DNA of 64,000 nucleotides from Rebecca billardiae RCC1528. Lineage: Eukaryota; Protista; Haptophyta. The stretch is from the NCBI GenBank assembly GCA_965240325.2, contig OZ251230.1, positions 1,550,001-1,614,000 on the forward strand, read 5' to 3'. The notes under the pieces are model-generated. The model was not told the origin of the DNA. It ran no database searches and was given only the letters and a program-made list of their open reading frames with translations. Positions 44,411-55,104 of this stretch are shown here, one piece after another (the stretch's first letter is position 1; the number at the start of each line of letters is the position of its first letter). The position numbers were made by a program, and so were the translations under genes.

Positions 44411-45955
44411 ATGGTCGACGTGAAGCACCCCAAGTGTGATCACACCGGCTGCACCAAGGTGGCTTCGTTCGGCATGCCGGGCGACGCGCGCGCCAGCCGG
44501 TGCGCTGCGCACAAGCTGGCCGGCATGGTGGACGTGAGGAGCCCCAAGTGTGATCACACAGGCTGCACCACGCGGCCTACCTTCGGCATGCCGGGCGACG
44601 CGCGCGCCAGCCGGTGCGCTGCGCACAAGCTGGCCGGCATGGTCGACCTGAAGAACCCCAAGTGTGATCACACCAGCTGCGCCACGCGGCCTACCTTCGG
44701 CATGCCGGGCGACGCGCGCGCAAGCCGGTGCGCTACGCACAAGCTGCCCGGCATGGTCGACTTGAAGCACCCCAAGTGTGATCACACTGGCTGCACCAAG
44801 CAGCCTAACTTCGGCATGCCGGGCGACGCGCGCGCAAGCCGGTGCGCTACGCACAAGCTGGCCGGCATGGTCGACCTGAAGCACCCCAAGTGTGATCACA
44901 CCGGCTGCACCAAGGTGGCTTCGCTCGGCATGCTGGGCGACGCTCGCGCCAGCCGGTGCGCTACGCACAAGCTGGCCGGCATGGTCGACCTGAAGCACCC
45001 CAAGTGTGATCACACCGGCTGCACCAAGCTGCCTTCGTTCGGCATGCCGGGCGACGCGCGCGCCAGCCGGTGCGCTACGCACAAGCTGGCCGGCATGGTC
45101 GACGTGAAGAACCCCAAGTGCGATCACACCGGCTGCACCAAGGGGCCTTCGTTCGGCATGCCGGGTGACGCGCGCGCCAGCCGGTGCGCTACGCACAAGC
45201 TGGGAGGCATGGTGGACGTGAGGAGCCCCAAGTGTGATCACACAGGCTGCACCAAGCAGCCTAACTTCGGCATGCCGGGCGACGCGCGCGCCAGCCGGTG
45301 CGCTACGCACAAGCTGGCCGGCATGGTGGACGTGAGGAGCCCCACGTGTGATCACACAGGCTGCACCACGCGGCCTTGCTTCGGCATGCCGGGCGACGCG
45401 CGCGCCAGCCGGTGCGCCACGCACAAGCTGGCCGGCATGGTGGACGTGAGGAGCCCCAAGTGTGATCACACTGGCTGCACCAAGCAGCCTAACTTCGGCA
45501 TGCCGGGCGACGCGCGCGCCAGCCGGTGCGCTACGCACAAGCTGGCCGGCATGGTGGACGTGAGGAGCCCGAAGTGTGATAACACTGGCTGCACCAAGCA
45601 GCCTAACTTCGGCATGCCGGGCGACGCGCGCGCCAGCCGGTGCGCTACGCACAAGCTGGCCGGCATGGTATGCAGTCGGCTCGCCGTCCCCAAGCGTAGG
45701 CTGGAGCATGGCACCGGCGACCAGGGCACACGCGCAGCCAAGCGACAGCACGAACGCACCAGCCGCATTGCCACCGTCTCGGACTCCGCCCCGCAGCTGC
45801 CCGAACTGCCGCGGCTGGTTGGGAGACTGGAGAGACGAGGCATCGGGGCGGATTGCCGAACGCCGCCACACGGCGGTGACACAGATGATGAGTCTGACCA
45901 TTGGACGGTGATGGCATCCGATCTGTCCTCCCCTTCCGACGACGATGATGATTAG
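44411..45955 (+). CDS. EsV-1-7-type Cys-rich repeat protein, unit 8 (11 repeats)
   Basis: 11 x 114 bp. Confidence 0.85.
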   Translation: MVDVKHPKCDHTGCTKVASFGMPGDARASRCAAHKLAGMVDVRSPKCDHTGCTTRPTFGMPGDARASRCAAHKLAGMVDLKNPKCDHTSCATRPTFGMPGDARASRCATHKLPGMVDLKHPKCDHTGCTKQPNFGMPGDARASRCATHKLAGMVDLKHPKCDHTGCTKVASLGMLGDARASRCATHKLAGMVDLKHPKCDHTGCTKLPSFGMPGDARASRCATHKLAGMVDVKNPKCDHTGCTKGPSFGMPGDARASRCATHKLGGMVDVRSPKCDHTGCTKQPNFGMPGDARASRCATHKLAGMVDVRSPTCDHTGCTTRPCFGMPGDARASRCATHKLAGMVDVRSPKCDHTGCTKQPNFGMPGDARASRCATHKLAGMVDVRSPKCDNTGCTKQPNFGMPGDARASRCATHKLAGMVCSRLAVPKRRLEHGTGDQGTRAAKRQHERTSRIATVSDSAPQLPELPRLVGRLERRGIGADCRTPPHGGDTDDESDHWTVMASDLSSPSDDDDD

Positions 45956-46032
45956 TTATTCCATTTATTCCGATTATGCTGATCGCACGTAGCACTACTA
46001 GTTATTACCGAGTAGTACTACGTATATCATGA

Positions 46033-46843
46033 ATCTCCTTGGCGCGCGCGCGCTCGGCCTGGAGCGCTTCGCGCCTCTCGGCGCGGCGGGCGCGCGCCGC
46101 TTCGCCCACGCACGCCGCCACCCGTCCGCGGGCTGCGGCGCCGGCCGCTTGCGCGGGGCGCGGGCGCCCGACTGCACGCCCCGCAGCACCGCCGCGCGCG
46201 CGTGCTCGTCGGGGAGCAGCTTGTCCAGCTCGGGCGCCAGCGCGCGCACGTCCTGTCGTCCACCCCGACCGCGCGCAGCATGCGCTCGACGGCTGCGAAC
46301 GCGCGCGTCGGCTCGAGGCGCTCGATCGTCTTGTACGCGCCGAGGGTGGCGTTGAGCCCGCCGCAGTGCTCAGACTGCCGCACGCAGTGCCGATTGTGCA
46401 CGCGCCCTCGCCCGAGCGCTGCCGCCGCCTCGTCGAAGCTGGGGCGCGACATGCCGAATGCCTCCGAGCAATGGCGCACGCCGTCCATGTCACGGCCCGC
46501 GGTGCACTTGGACACGGACGCCGAGGCGAAGCGCTCGAGCGGCTCTCTGTAGAAGACAGCGGCGTGCCACGTCGGGTCGGCCAGCCGCGCCGCGGCGTCC
46601 TCCACGCCCAGCCCGAAGTAGCGCAGCGTGTTGGTGTTCTGCACGAACAGCTGCTTGCGCAGCGCCGGGTCGTGCGGCGTGCGGACCGCGCGGAAGAGCT
46701 GCACGAAGTTCTGGCTCGCGACCTTGTCGTCGATCTTGCAGAAGAGGAGCCGTTGCTCCGGCACGAGGATGAAGGAGCTGTACGAAACGAACGCGGCGCT
46801 CAGGCGACCGCCACCCGGTCGCGTTGCTCCTCGCGCCCGCCAT
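46033..46843 (-). pseudogene. Sulfotransferase fragment, unit 9
   Basis: Both PAPS motifs altered (CKIDDKVAS; ERFASASV). Confidence 0.75.
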
Positions 46844-47066
46844 TGTGCGGCCGCCATACAATTCCGCTCCGAAAGCTGATGACCACTGGCGAGCGGGCGG
46901 CGGCTGACGAAACCTTGTTGCTGCAACTTGGAGTGCGCGGGCGTGGATCCGGTGACCGAGGCGCGGGCCGAGCGGACGCACGTGTGGCGGCAGTGTGGCA
47001 AGCCCTCTGCAGCTCGTCACCACGCGCGCCCTTCCGGGTGACGCTGCCGGGCGACGCGCGCGCCAC

Positions 47067-48788
47067 ATGGTCGACGTGAAGCACCCCAAGTGTGATTACG
47101 AGGGCTGCACCACGCGGCCTACCTTCGGCATGCTGGGCGATGCGCGCGCCAGCCGGTGCGCTGCGCACAAGCTGGCCGGCATGGTCGACGTGAAGAACCC
47201 CAAGTGTGATCACACAGGCTGCACCAAGGTGCCTTCGTTCGGCATGCCGGGCGACACGCGCGCCAGCCGGTGCGCTACGCACAAGCTGGCCGGCATGGTG
47301 GACGTGAGGAGCCCCAAGTGTGATCACACCAGCTGCACCACGCGGCCTTCATTCGGCATGCTGGGCGACGCGCGCGCCAGCCGGTGCGCTGCGCACAAGC
47401 TGGCCGGCATGGTCGACCTGAAGCACCCCAAGTGTGATCACACCGGCTGCACCACGCGGCCTACCTTCGGCATGCCGGGCGACGCGCGCGCAAGCCGGTG
47501 CGCTACGCACAAGCTGGCCGGCATGGTCGACCTGAAGCACCCCAAGTGTGGTCACACCGGCTGCACCAAGGTGGCTTCGCTCGGCATGCTGGGCGACGCT
47601 CGCGCCAGCCGGTGCGCTACGCACAAGCTGGCCGGCATGGTCGACCTGAAGCACCCCAAGTGTGATCACACCGGCTGCACCAAGCTGCCTTCGTTCGGCA
47701 TGCCGGGCGACGCGCGCGCCAGCCGGTGCGCTACGCACAAGCTGGCCGGCATGGTCGACCTGAAGAACCCCAAGTGTGATCACACCAGCTGCGCCACGCG
47801 GCCTACCTTCGGCATGCCGGGCGACGCGCGCGCCAGCCGGTGCGCTACGCACAAGCTGGCCGGCATGGTCGACCTGAAGCACCCCAAGTGTGATCACACC
47901 GGCTGCACCAAGGTGCCTTACTTCGGCATGCCGGGCGACGCGCGCGCCAGCCGGTGCACTACGCACAAGCTGGCCGGCATGGTGGACGTGAAGCACCACA
48001 AGTGTGATCACACTAGCTGCACCAAGCAGCCTAACTTTGGCATGCCGGGTGACGCGCGCGCCAGCCGGTGCGCCACGCACAAGCTGGCCGGCATGGTGGA
48101 CGTGAGGAGCCCCAAGTGTGATCACACTGGCTGCACCAAGCAGCCTCACTTCGGCATGCCGGGTGACGCGCGCGCCAGCCGGTGCGCTACGCACAAGCTG
48201 GCCGGCATGGTCGATGTGAGGAGCCCCAAGTGTGATCACACTGGCTGCACCAAGCAGCCTAACTTTGGCATGCCGGGTGACGCGCGCGCCAGCCGGTGCG
48301 CCACGCACAAGCTGGCCGGCATGGTGGACGTGAGGAGCCCCAAGTGTGATCACACTGGCTGCACCAAGCGGCCTAACTTTGGCATGCCGGGTGACGCGCG
48401 CGCCAGCCGGTGCGCTACGCACAAGCTGGCCGGCATGGTATCATGTAGTCGACTCGCCGTCCCCAAGCGCAGGCTGGAGCATGGCACCGGCGACCAGGGC
48501 ACACGCGCAGCCAAGCGACTACAGCACGAACGCACCAGCCGCATTGCCACCGTCTCGGACTCCGCCCCGCAGCTGCCCGAACTGCCGCCGCTGGTTGGGA
48601 GACTCGAGAGACGAGGCATCGGGGCGGATGGCCGAACGCCGCCACGACACGACGGTGACACAGATGATGAGTCTGACCATTGGACGGTGATGGCATCCGA
48701 TCTGTCCTCCCAGCAGGCTGCTTCCGTGAGTTCCGACGATGATGATGATCTGATTCATTACGATGATTATGCTGATGATCGCACGTAG
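47067..48788 (+). CDS. EsV-1-7-type Cys-rich repeat protein, unit 9 (12 repeats)
   Basis: 12 x 114 bp; longer acidic tail SDDDDDLIHYDDYADDRT. Confidence 0.85.
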   Translation: MVDVKHPKCDYEGCTTRPTFGMLGDARASRCAAHKLAGMVDVKNPKCDHTGCTKVPSFGMPGDTRASRCATHKLAGMVDVRSPKCDHTSCTTRPSFGMLGDARASRCAAHKLAGMVDLKHPKCDHTGCTTRPTFGMPGDARASRCATHKLAGMVDLKHPKCGHTGCTKVASLGMLGDARASRCATHKLAGMVDLKHPKCDHTGCTKLPSFGMPGDARASRCATHKLAGMVDLKNPKCDHTSCATRPTFGMPGDARASRCATHKLAGMVDLKHPKCDHTGCTKVPYFGMPGDARASRCTTHKLAGMVDVKHHKCDHTSCTKQPNFGMPGDARASRCATHKLAGMVDVRSPKCDHTGCTKQPHFGMPGDARASRCATHKLAGMVDVRSPKCDHTGCTKQPNFGMPGDARASRCATHKLAGMVDVRSPKCDHTGCTKRPNFGMPGDARASRCATHKLAGMVSCSRLAVPKRRLEHGTGDQGTRAAKRLQHERTSRIATVSDSAPQLPELPPLVGRLERRGIGADGRTPPRHDGDTDDESDHWTVMASDLSSQQAASVSSDDDDDLIHYDDYADDRT

Positions 48789-48842
48789 CAGTATACGTGC
48801 ATGTCATCGCAAGACGATGCTGACGCGATGATGACGATATAT

Positions 48843-51319
48843 TCAGTCGACATCTCCGTCGTCCGCAAGCACTAGCAGCGGATGACTCGCCGCGAGCTCG
48901 AGCAAGGCGCGCGCGGCTGCAGCTGATAGTGATGACGACGCGGACGGTGGTGCGGAGGCCGCCGCGCGCGAGGGCGACGGGCTGCCGAAGGCGTGGTGGC
49001 GCGCAGCAATCACGCTGTGCCCCGTGGCGTCATCGGGCGTGAGGAGCCGTCCGATCACCGCGCCCGGGTGCCGCGCGGCGCCCATGGCGAGCCGGCACGG
49101 CGTGCTGTCCCCGCTGCCACCGGCGCGGTCTCCGAGCACCTGCGGTGTCTCAGGCTCCCAGCCGAACACCCGCGGCGTCGCCGGGCTCACGCACAGCCCG
49201 TACGCCCGGCCCCACGGCGCGCTGGACTCGCGCGTGTCTGGCTCGGGGATGATGCGGAGCGGCGTGGCAGCGGCGCTGGGCTGCTGCTGCTCGGAGCGCG
49301 TGCGCGCAGCCTCGGCTCCGCGCGGCGTGACGTCTCCCGCGCGCGTCGGCTCGGGCGTGGGCTGCTCGGGCGTGAAGGGCGTGCCTGGCGTGGAGGGCGT
49401 GGACGGGGCGGCGAGAAGCGGCGGCCTGGGCGTCGCCTGCCCCGGCGTGGACGACGCAACGCTCGGCGTGCCCGGACTCCCCGCCGAGGTCCCCGCCGGC
49501 GCCTTCTGCCGCGGCGTCTTCAGCCGCGGCGTGCAGCTCGAGGGTGTCGGGGTGGAGGCGGTGCTCGCCTCCTCGTCCGTCGGCGCCTCGGGCACGAGGG
49601 AGAGGCGCACGCGCTCGAGCTCGACGCGCGCGTGCAGCGCGTGCTCCTCCGCCTCGAGCTTCTGCTGCTCGGCGCGCTCGAGCTCGCTCGCGTGCCTCTC
49701 GTGCACGGCGCGCATCTGCGCCGTGTGCTCTGCGAGCGCGCGCTCATAGTCTGACATGCGCGCGAGCGCGGCCGACGCCCGCCACGAGGCGCGCTTGGCG
49801 TGGGTCGAGCCGAGCTGTGCGAGCAGCCCGTCCGCCTCGGCGGCGAGGTCGTCAAGCAGCTCCTCGGCGGGCAGCGCCTGCTGCCCCGCGCTCTCGGGCT
49901 CCTGCGCCACGCGCGCAAGGCGCACGCGCGGCGCGTGGGCGCGCGCCACTCGCAACGTGAGCGCGTGCTCACGACCGCAATGCGGGTGGGTGGGTGCGCA
50001 GGGCGACGGCACGGCCGTGGTGGTGTGGGCCTGGCACGCGGCGAGGGCGGGTTTGGCGCGCGTCGCACAGCGCGCACCGGCGTGGGCACACGATCCTGCT
50101 CCGCCTCGCCCTCAGCCGCGCCCTCGGCGCCGCCCTCGGCGCCGCCCTCGGCCGCGCCCGCGCGCTCGTCCAGCAGGACACCGGCGCCCGCCGCCCAGAG
50201 CGAGGCAAGGAGGCCGTCACCCACGTCCGAGCCGTCGCCCGCGCCGGAGCAGCTCGGCGCGCGGCTGCCGCCGGGCTCGGGCTTGAGCACGCACAGCGGC
50301 ATCGCGTCGATCTCGTTGAGCATCGTCGCCACCTCCGAGTCCTCCGCCTCCGAGTGCGCCAGCTCCCAGTCGGAGCGGCCGCCAACTGAGACCACGTCAC
50401 TGCGATCGTCGCGCAGGCACGCGGGCGCGCTCGGCCGGCGCGAGCGCGCGGGCGGCGGGGCCGCGCCTCCTCCGGCGTGGGACCACGAGTGGCGCGAGAG
50501 TGCCGGCAGGCTGTGCCGCGCCTCACGAGACGCCATCGGCCGGCCGACGGCGGGCAGCGCCTCCGAGTGCTCGTCCAAAGACGCCTCCAGGCACCGCGCG
50601 CCCTCGCGCGCCGCCTCGAGCTGCACGCGAAGGTGCTCGATGGCGGCGGAGGTGCGCGCGGTGGTGCGGTGGGTGTGCAGCCGCTCGAGCACGCGCGACT
50701 GATGCGCCGCGTGCTCGCGCGCGCACGCGCGTCTCAATGCCGCGGTCGCGGCCCTGCGCACACGGCGCGTCACCTCGTGTGCGCTGCGTGCGCTGGTCTC
50801 GGCGGCGCGCAGCGCGCGCGTGTGCGCGCTGCCGCGCGCGAGCCAGCCACACAGCGCACCGAGCGCGAGGACGAGCAGCGCGAGCGCCGAGGCCAAGCCC
50901 GCGCGCGTGCCGACGTGCGTCGTGGCAAAAACCAGCGGCGCTCGCGCCGCCTCGGCCGCGCCCATGTCCGCCGGCTGCGGCTGCTCCCAGTCCGCCCGCG
51001 AGTCGGGTGCGCACCAGTTGACGAAGGGTGCCGCCGGGCGAGCTGCGCAGGTCGGTGCGTCCGAAAGCGTGTGAGACCGGTCCGGTGTGCAGTGCAGTAG
51101 CATCAGCGCTCCGAGCCGCTTGAGCGGCTCGAGCACGCGCGCGACGAGGCCGGCCCAGCCCGCCCAGCCGCCGCGCCGCCTCGGTGGCGGCGCGGGACTC
51201 CTGCGCGTGCCCAAAGGCGGCGTGCGGGCCAGTAGCGCGGCGGCCGTGGCTGGCGTTGCAAGCGCGTACGCGAGCGCGGCGACGATGCAGACGAAGCGCA
51301 GCACAGCGGCGCTGCGCAT
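48843..51319 (-). CDS. Hypothetical single-pass membrane protein with coiled coils; exons 51319-50078 and 49901-48843
   Basis: Signal peptide MRSAAVLRFVCIVAALAYALA, TM segment LASALALLVLALGALCGWL, and a phase-0 GTGCGC...GCAG intron (50077-49902) joining the two ORFs. TP/SP-rich tail. Confidence 0.7.
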
Positions 51320-54214
51320 TGTCGCCAGCGTGGCCCAGCGGGGCCGCCCAGCAGCAAGACGACAGTGCCACTTTCCTGCGCAAGTTCAGTGATGGGTCAC
51401 TTGAATCTGAAATGGGTGAAACGGTCGGCCACCGTTCGCGCCCAGACCGAACCGGACGTGGACAGTCCGGGTCAAGTGCACGCTTCGCGAGATCTGAGCC
51501 TCGCGATGGCGTCGGCCGGGATGCGGCCCCGCAGCCGACGCCCCTCGGCGGAGGGCGGCGCGGCGCCGCGGCGCGAGCGAGGAGGCGGCGGCGAGGTGCG
51601 CGCCTGCACGCACCGGTCGTGTGTGGCCCTGCTCCGCGCCTCCGCGGCCAAGCAGCTGCACTCCCTCGCCCGCCCGCCCGCTCGCGCGTGTGGCGTGCGC
51701 GCGCGGGGCGGCCGCGCACCCTCGCGGGGTCGCGCGCGCGTGGCACGGCCGAGGGCGGCCAGGCGGGCGCCGCGCGCGGGGGGCGTGCGTATGACCCCAA
51801 GAGCCATCGCGCGCGCCCGGGCCACCGAGCCGGATACGGCCGCGTTGCGATTTCCGCAACCGCCAGACACGCGCGTGCTCAGAACGGCGCCCCGCGGCCC
51901 CGCGTGCGCGCGCGACGCGCGCGCAGGGCGAGGGAGCGCCGCAGGGGCTGTTTCTGGCGCGGGCAAAGAGGGGCAGGTACAGCTGACTGCCACCATCTCT
52001 TCTGACCTGGTCAGAGAGCGGCTGGCTGCCAGCCGACGTGATCTGTGTGTCTGTCCGTGCGCCGCCGGCCGGCGCGAACAGAGTGCGCACAGCCGAACTC
52101 GTACTCGTGAGCACGTCCCTCCCACTGGGAGGCGCTCTCGTTCGGAGGGAGGTGCTCTCGTCTGACGACACCACCTCCCTCCGCTGGCGCCGCCCGTTTG
52201 ACGCTGGTCGGGATGGCCGCGTGCGTGCGCAGCGCCCGCCTCGCGTCGCGCGTCCCTAGTGCAGAGCGCGCGCTTGGCCGCGCGCGACGCGGCGGAGTCG
52301 AGTCTGACATGCCCCTGGCCCTCCTGGCGCCGCGCAACGCCGCCCATCGCCGCTCTCACGTGCATGCCTGCCGCGCACGGCTTGGGCTTGTCAGCACAGG
52401 CTGGCGGCGGCGCGCCGGGCCAAGGGCTCGGCCAGTGTTGCGCCCCTCGGCCAGGCCGAGACTTGGCAGAGGCGTGGGTAGTGCCATCGCCCGCCCGGAT
52501 CCCGGGCCTCGCCGTCAGAGTGTGCACGCGAGGCGTGCTGTCGTGGTCGACAGGTGAGGCGGTGCGCGCTCGCCCTCGAGCAGGCAGCGGACGTACCGGC
52601 AGGCGCGCCACACAGCGGGGCTGTCGAGCTGCTTCCGGCTGGGTAGATCGACGGTGCATGCATGCCCCGGTCGGAGGCGTGCGCGGGTTCGGAGACTGGT
52701 GAATGCTCGGCAGCGGATCCACGTGTCTTGCCGGGCACGGCAGCGCGACAGCTCGGCAACCAGTATCGAGGACGCGCGGCATCAGAGCGCTGGCCGGCGT
52801 GCTGGCAGGCTCAAACGCCGGGCCGATGCCTGCGCCTTGGCCGGGACGTAGACTGCTGCGGGCGGTGGCTCAGTGATGGTGGAGACCGGTGGCTGGCTCG
52901 GTGGACGGTTCGGCGGCCCGACGAAGACGGGCTGTGAGACGGCTGAGGCGGCGGCGCGGCGGCGGGATCGCCGCGTCACTGTCGCTCTCGGTCAGAGCTT
53001 TGCGGTGACACAGCGCGGCCAAGCTCTGGGTGTTGGTGCTGACGCTGCCATGTTGTCGCACGGGCCACCCGCTTGGCTCTGGCTCACCGATGCCCGGACA
53101 TGCTGAAGCAGGGCTCTGCGGGATGGCTGTGTCACCTCAGTAAGGCTGAGTCCGTGAGAGGGATGGTCGTCGCTGCCCAGTCTGGTCGAGTTTGATGAAC
53201 TGACTTAGACTAAGACTCAGCGACCGTAGGCTGCTAGTGCTCCGCCAGCGTTGTCCGATCGTCATGAGACGAGTAGCTAGCTGTAAGTGTAGATCCCTAT
53301 ACGAGTACGGATCACAGCAGCATCATCATCCGCCCTGCTATTCATCGGCGTGACTCATCGTCAGCAGAGTTCGTCACGGGCTATTACTCGTCAACCGCGT
53401 CCTACCCGCCCCGCTGGCATCAACTTGGACAAGCGCCTGCGCTGATGATACGGCGTACCAGCATCACAATCTGAGCTCCTGCTGTGCTGGCTGTTGCTAA
53501 TTACTGCACCAGACGTTACTGCATGCTGCACGGCAGCAGCCATTCAGTACCGTATGCGCTCCGTCAGCAGGACAATGTGCGACTTATTCTGCATTCGAAC
53601 GGCAACGGCGCGTGCTGCGATGGCTATATGGTGTCCGTATCACTATCACTTGACGACTCGAGTGATCACGACGAGTCGTCGATCTTCATGACGAGCAAGT
53701 AGAGCAGCACTGCTACAGTGGAAGCATATCAGTACGTAGTCCGTCATTGTCGGGTTCCCCTGAAGTTTCTGCTGGGATACGTCAGCGATATACTGCGCTC
53801 CCGCGGCCTGGTCAGTGGTCCACGTCAGTCACATCAGGCAGCCTTACCTCATCCTACATGCCGCGCGGGCAGAGACCCGTGCCACGCCCGCACGAATTGC
53901 ATCCCTGAAATTGCCGCGTGACGGAGCGACCTCGGGTCAGCAGTGGGCAGCCGGGCAGTGCCGCCCCGCACCGCCGGGCCCAATGGCAATGAACCCCCGC
54001 GGCCGGCCGTGCGGCCTTAGTGCGGCGGATCTGTCTAGAACGACCGGCCGTCACGCACTGGGCGCCTCCAACATTCGGATGCGGCAATATTATAAGCATC
54101 ATGAGCCTCAGGCAGGCAGTCTCAGGTCGCGTGTCGTCAGGAGCAGGCCCCGGGCGCGCTGGCCGGGCACTCGCAGCCGAAGGACCGCAATCTATCAAGG
54201 ATTGATTGCCAAGT

Positions 54215-54558
54215 CGTCAGCCGACTGTGAAGCTGAGCCTGAGGATGCTGCCCGCTGCCGGGCCGCGAGACGATCGAATAAAAATAATGATATTATGACG
54301 ATGACGCGACGATAGTGATGCAGCCGCGATAGTAGACGGCTACTATACGGTTGTCGTTACGTGACTGCTAATCTGCAACATGCGGCGTCAGCCGACTGTG
54401 AAGCTGAGCCTGAGGATGCTGCCCGCTGCCGGGCCGCGAGACGATAAAAATAATGATATTATGACGATGACGCGACGATAGTGATGCAGCCGCGATAGTA
54501 GACGGCTACTATACGGTTGTCGTTACGTGACTGCTAATCTGCAACATGCGGCGTCAGC
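54215..54558 (+). repeat. ~170-bp tandem duplication with CGTCAGC microhomology
   Basis: 54215-54385 is repeated at 54386-54551 with a 5-bp indel. Confidence 0.95.
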
Positions 54559-55104
54559 TCCTGCTGTGGAACTCGATCTACCAGATCGACCGCCTGGTGA
54601 TGACGCCGATCGATCTCCCTCACGAACTCAGCCCTCCCGTGGTGACGCAGGGAGTCCCGCGGAGCTACTCCGGCCAGGAGGCTTTGACCTTCAGACTCTT
54701 CCCACCGCCATCGCCAGCGCCGAACCAGCCATGCTGGCCGCCGCGCGAGCCCGCTGATCAAGCCCGCCTCTGCCGCTTCCGCCACCGAGCCCGCGTCCAT
54801 CCCCACCACCCTCGCTGCCGCCCAGACTGCCCGGCCGTCTGCTTCTCTGGCCATCCGCCAAGCCGCAAGCGGCCCGTCGGCCGCGGGCCGTGGGTGGCGG
54901 GTCAGCTGCATACCGTCGCCGCTACCGAGCCCGTCGCCGAGCCCGCCACTGTCACCGCCTACGTCGCCGCCACCAAGCCCGCCGCCGAGCCCGCAACCGT
55001 CACTGCCTACATCTCCGCCACCAAGCCCTCTACCATCATCGCCGCCATCAGCACAGAAGCCGACCCGACCGCCGAGCTCGCTGCCGAGCCTGCCACCGTC
55101 ACCG
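54546..55104 (+). pseudogene. Fragment of a Ser-Pro (SPPP)-rich protein gene
   Basis: Frameshifted SPPPSPPPSP-type coding sequence, cut off at the right inverted repeat. Confidence 0.4.

Larger units (their letters stand above)
27127..48790 (+). repeat. Tandem array of nine 2.2-2.8-kb units starting at 27127, 29408, 31595, 34118, 36320, 38750, 40951, 43379 and 46033
   Basis: Each unit starts atctcctt(g/a)gcgcgcgcgcgctcggcct and contains an antisense sulfotransferase segment, a 114-bp repeat ORF, a tail and an AT-rich spacer. Confidence 0.97.

Noticed and set aside
27161-47001. Intact sulfotransferase genes in the units
   Set aside because: Every copy lacks the 5' end and has a stop or frameshift, and copies 2-9 also lack the 3' end.
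27927-48422. Long minus-strand ORFs (…HAGQLVRSAPAGARVARHAE…) over the repeats
   Set aside because: They are antisense shadows of the GC-rich repeat and are broken by silent changes on the plus strand (ccttcattc).
28122-48436. CRISPR-like array (constant blocks with short variable inserts)
   Set aside because: The period is exactly 38 codons in an open frame, the variable parts are only a few codons and recur, there are no cas genes, and the context is eukaryotic.
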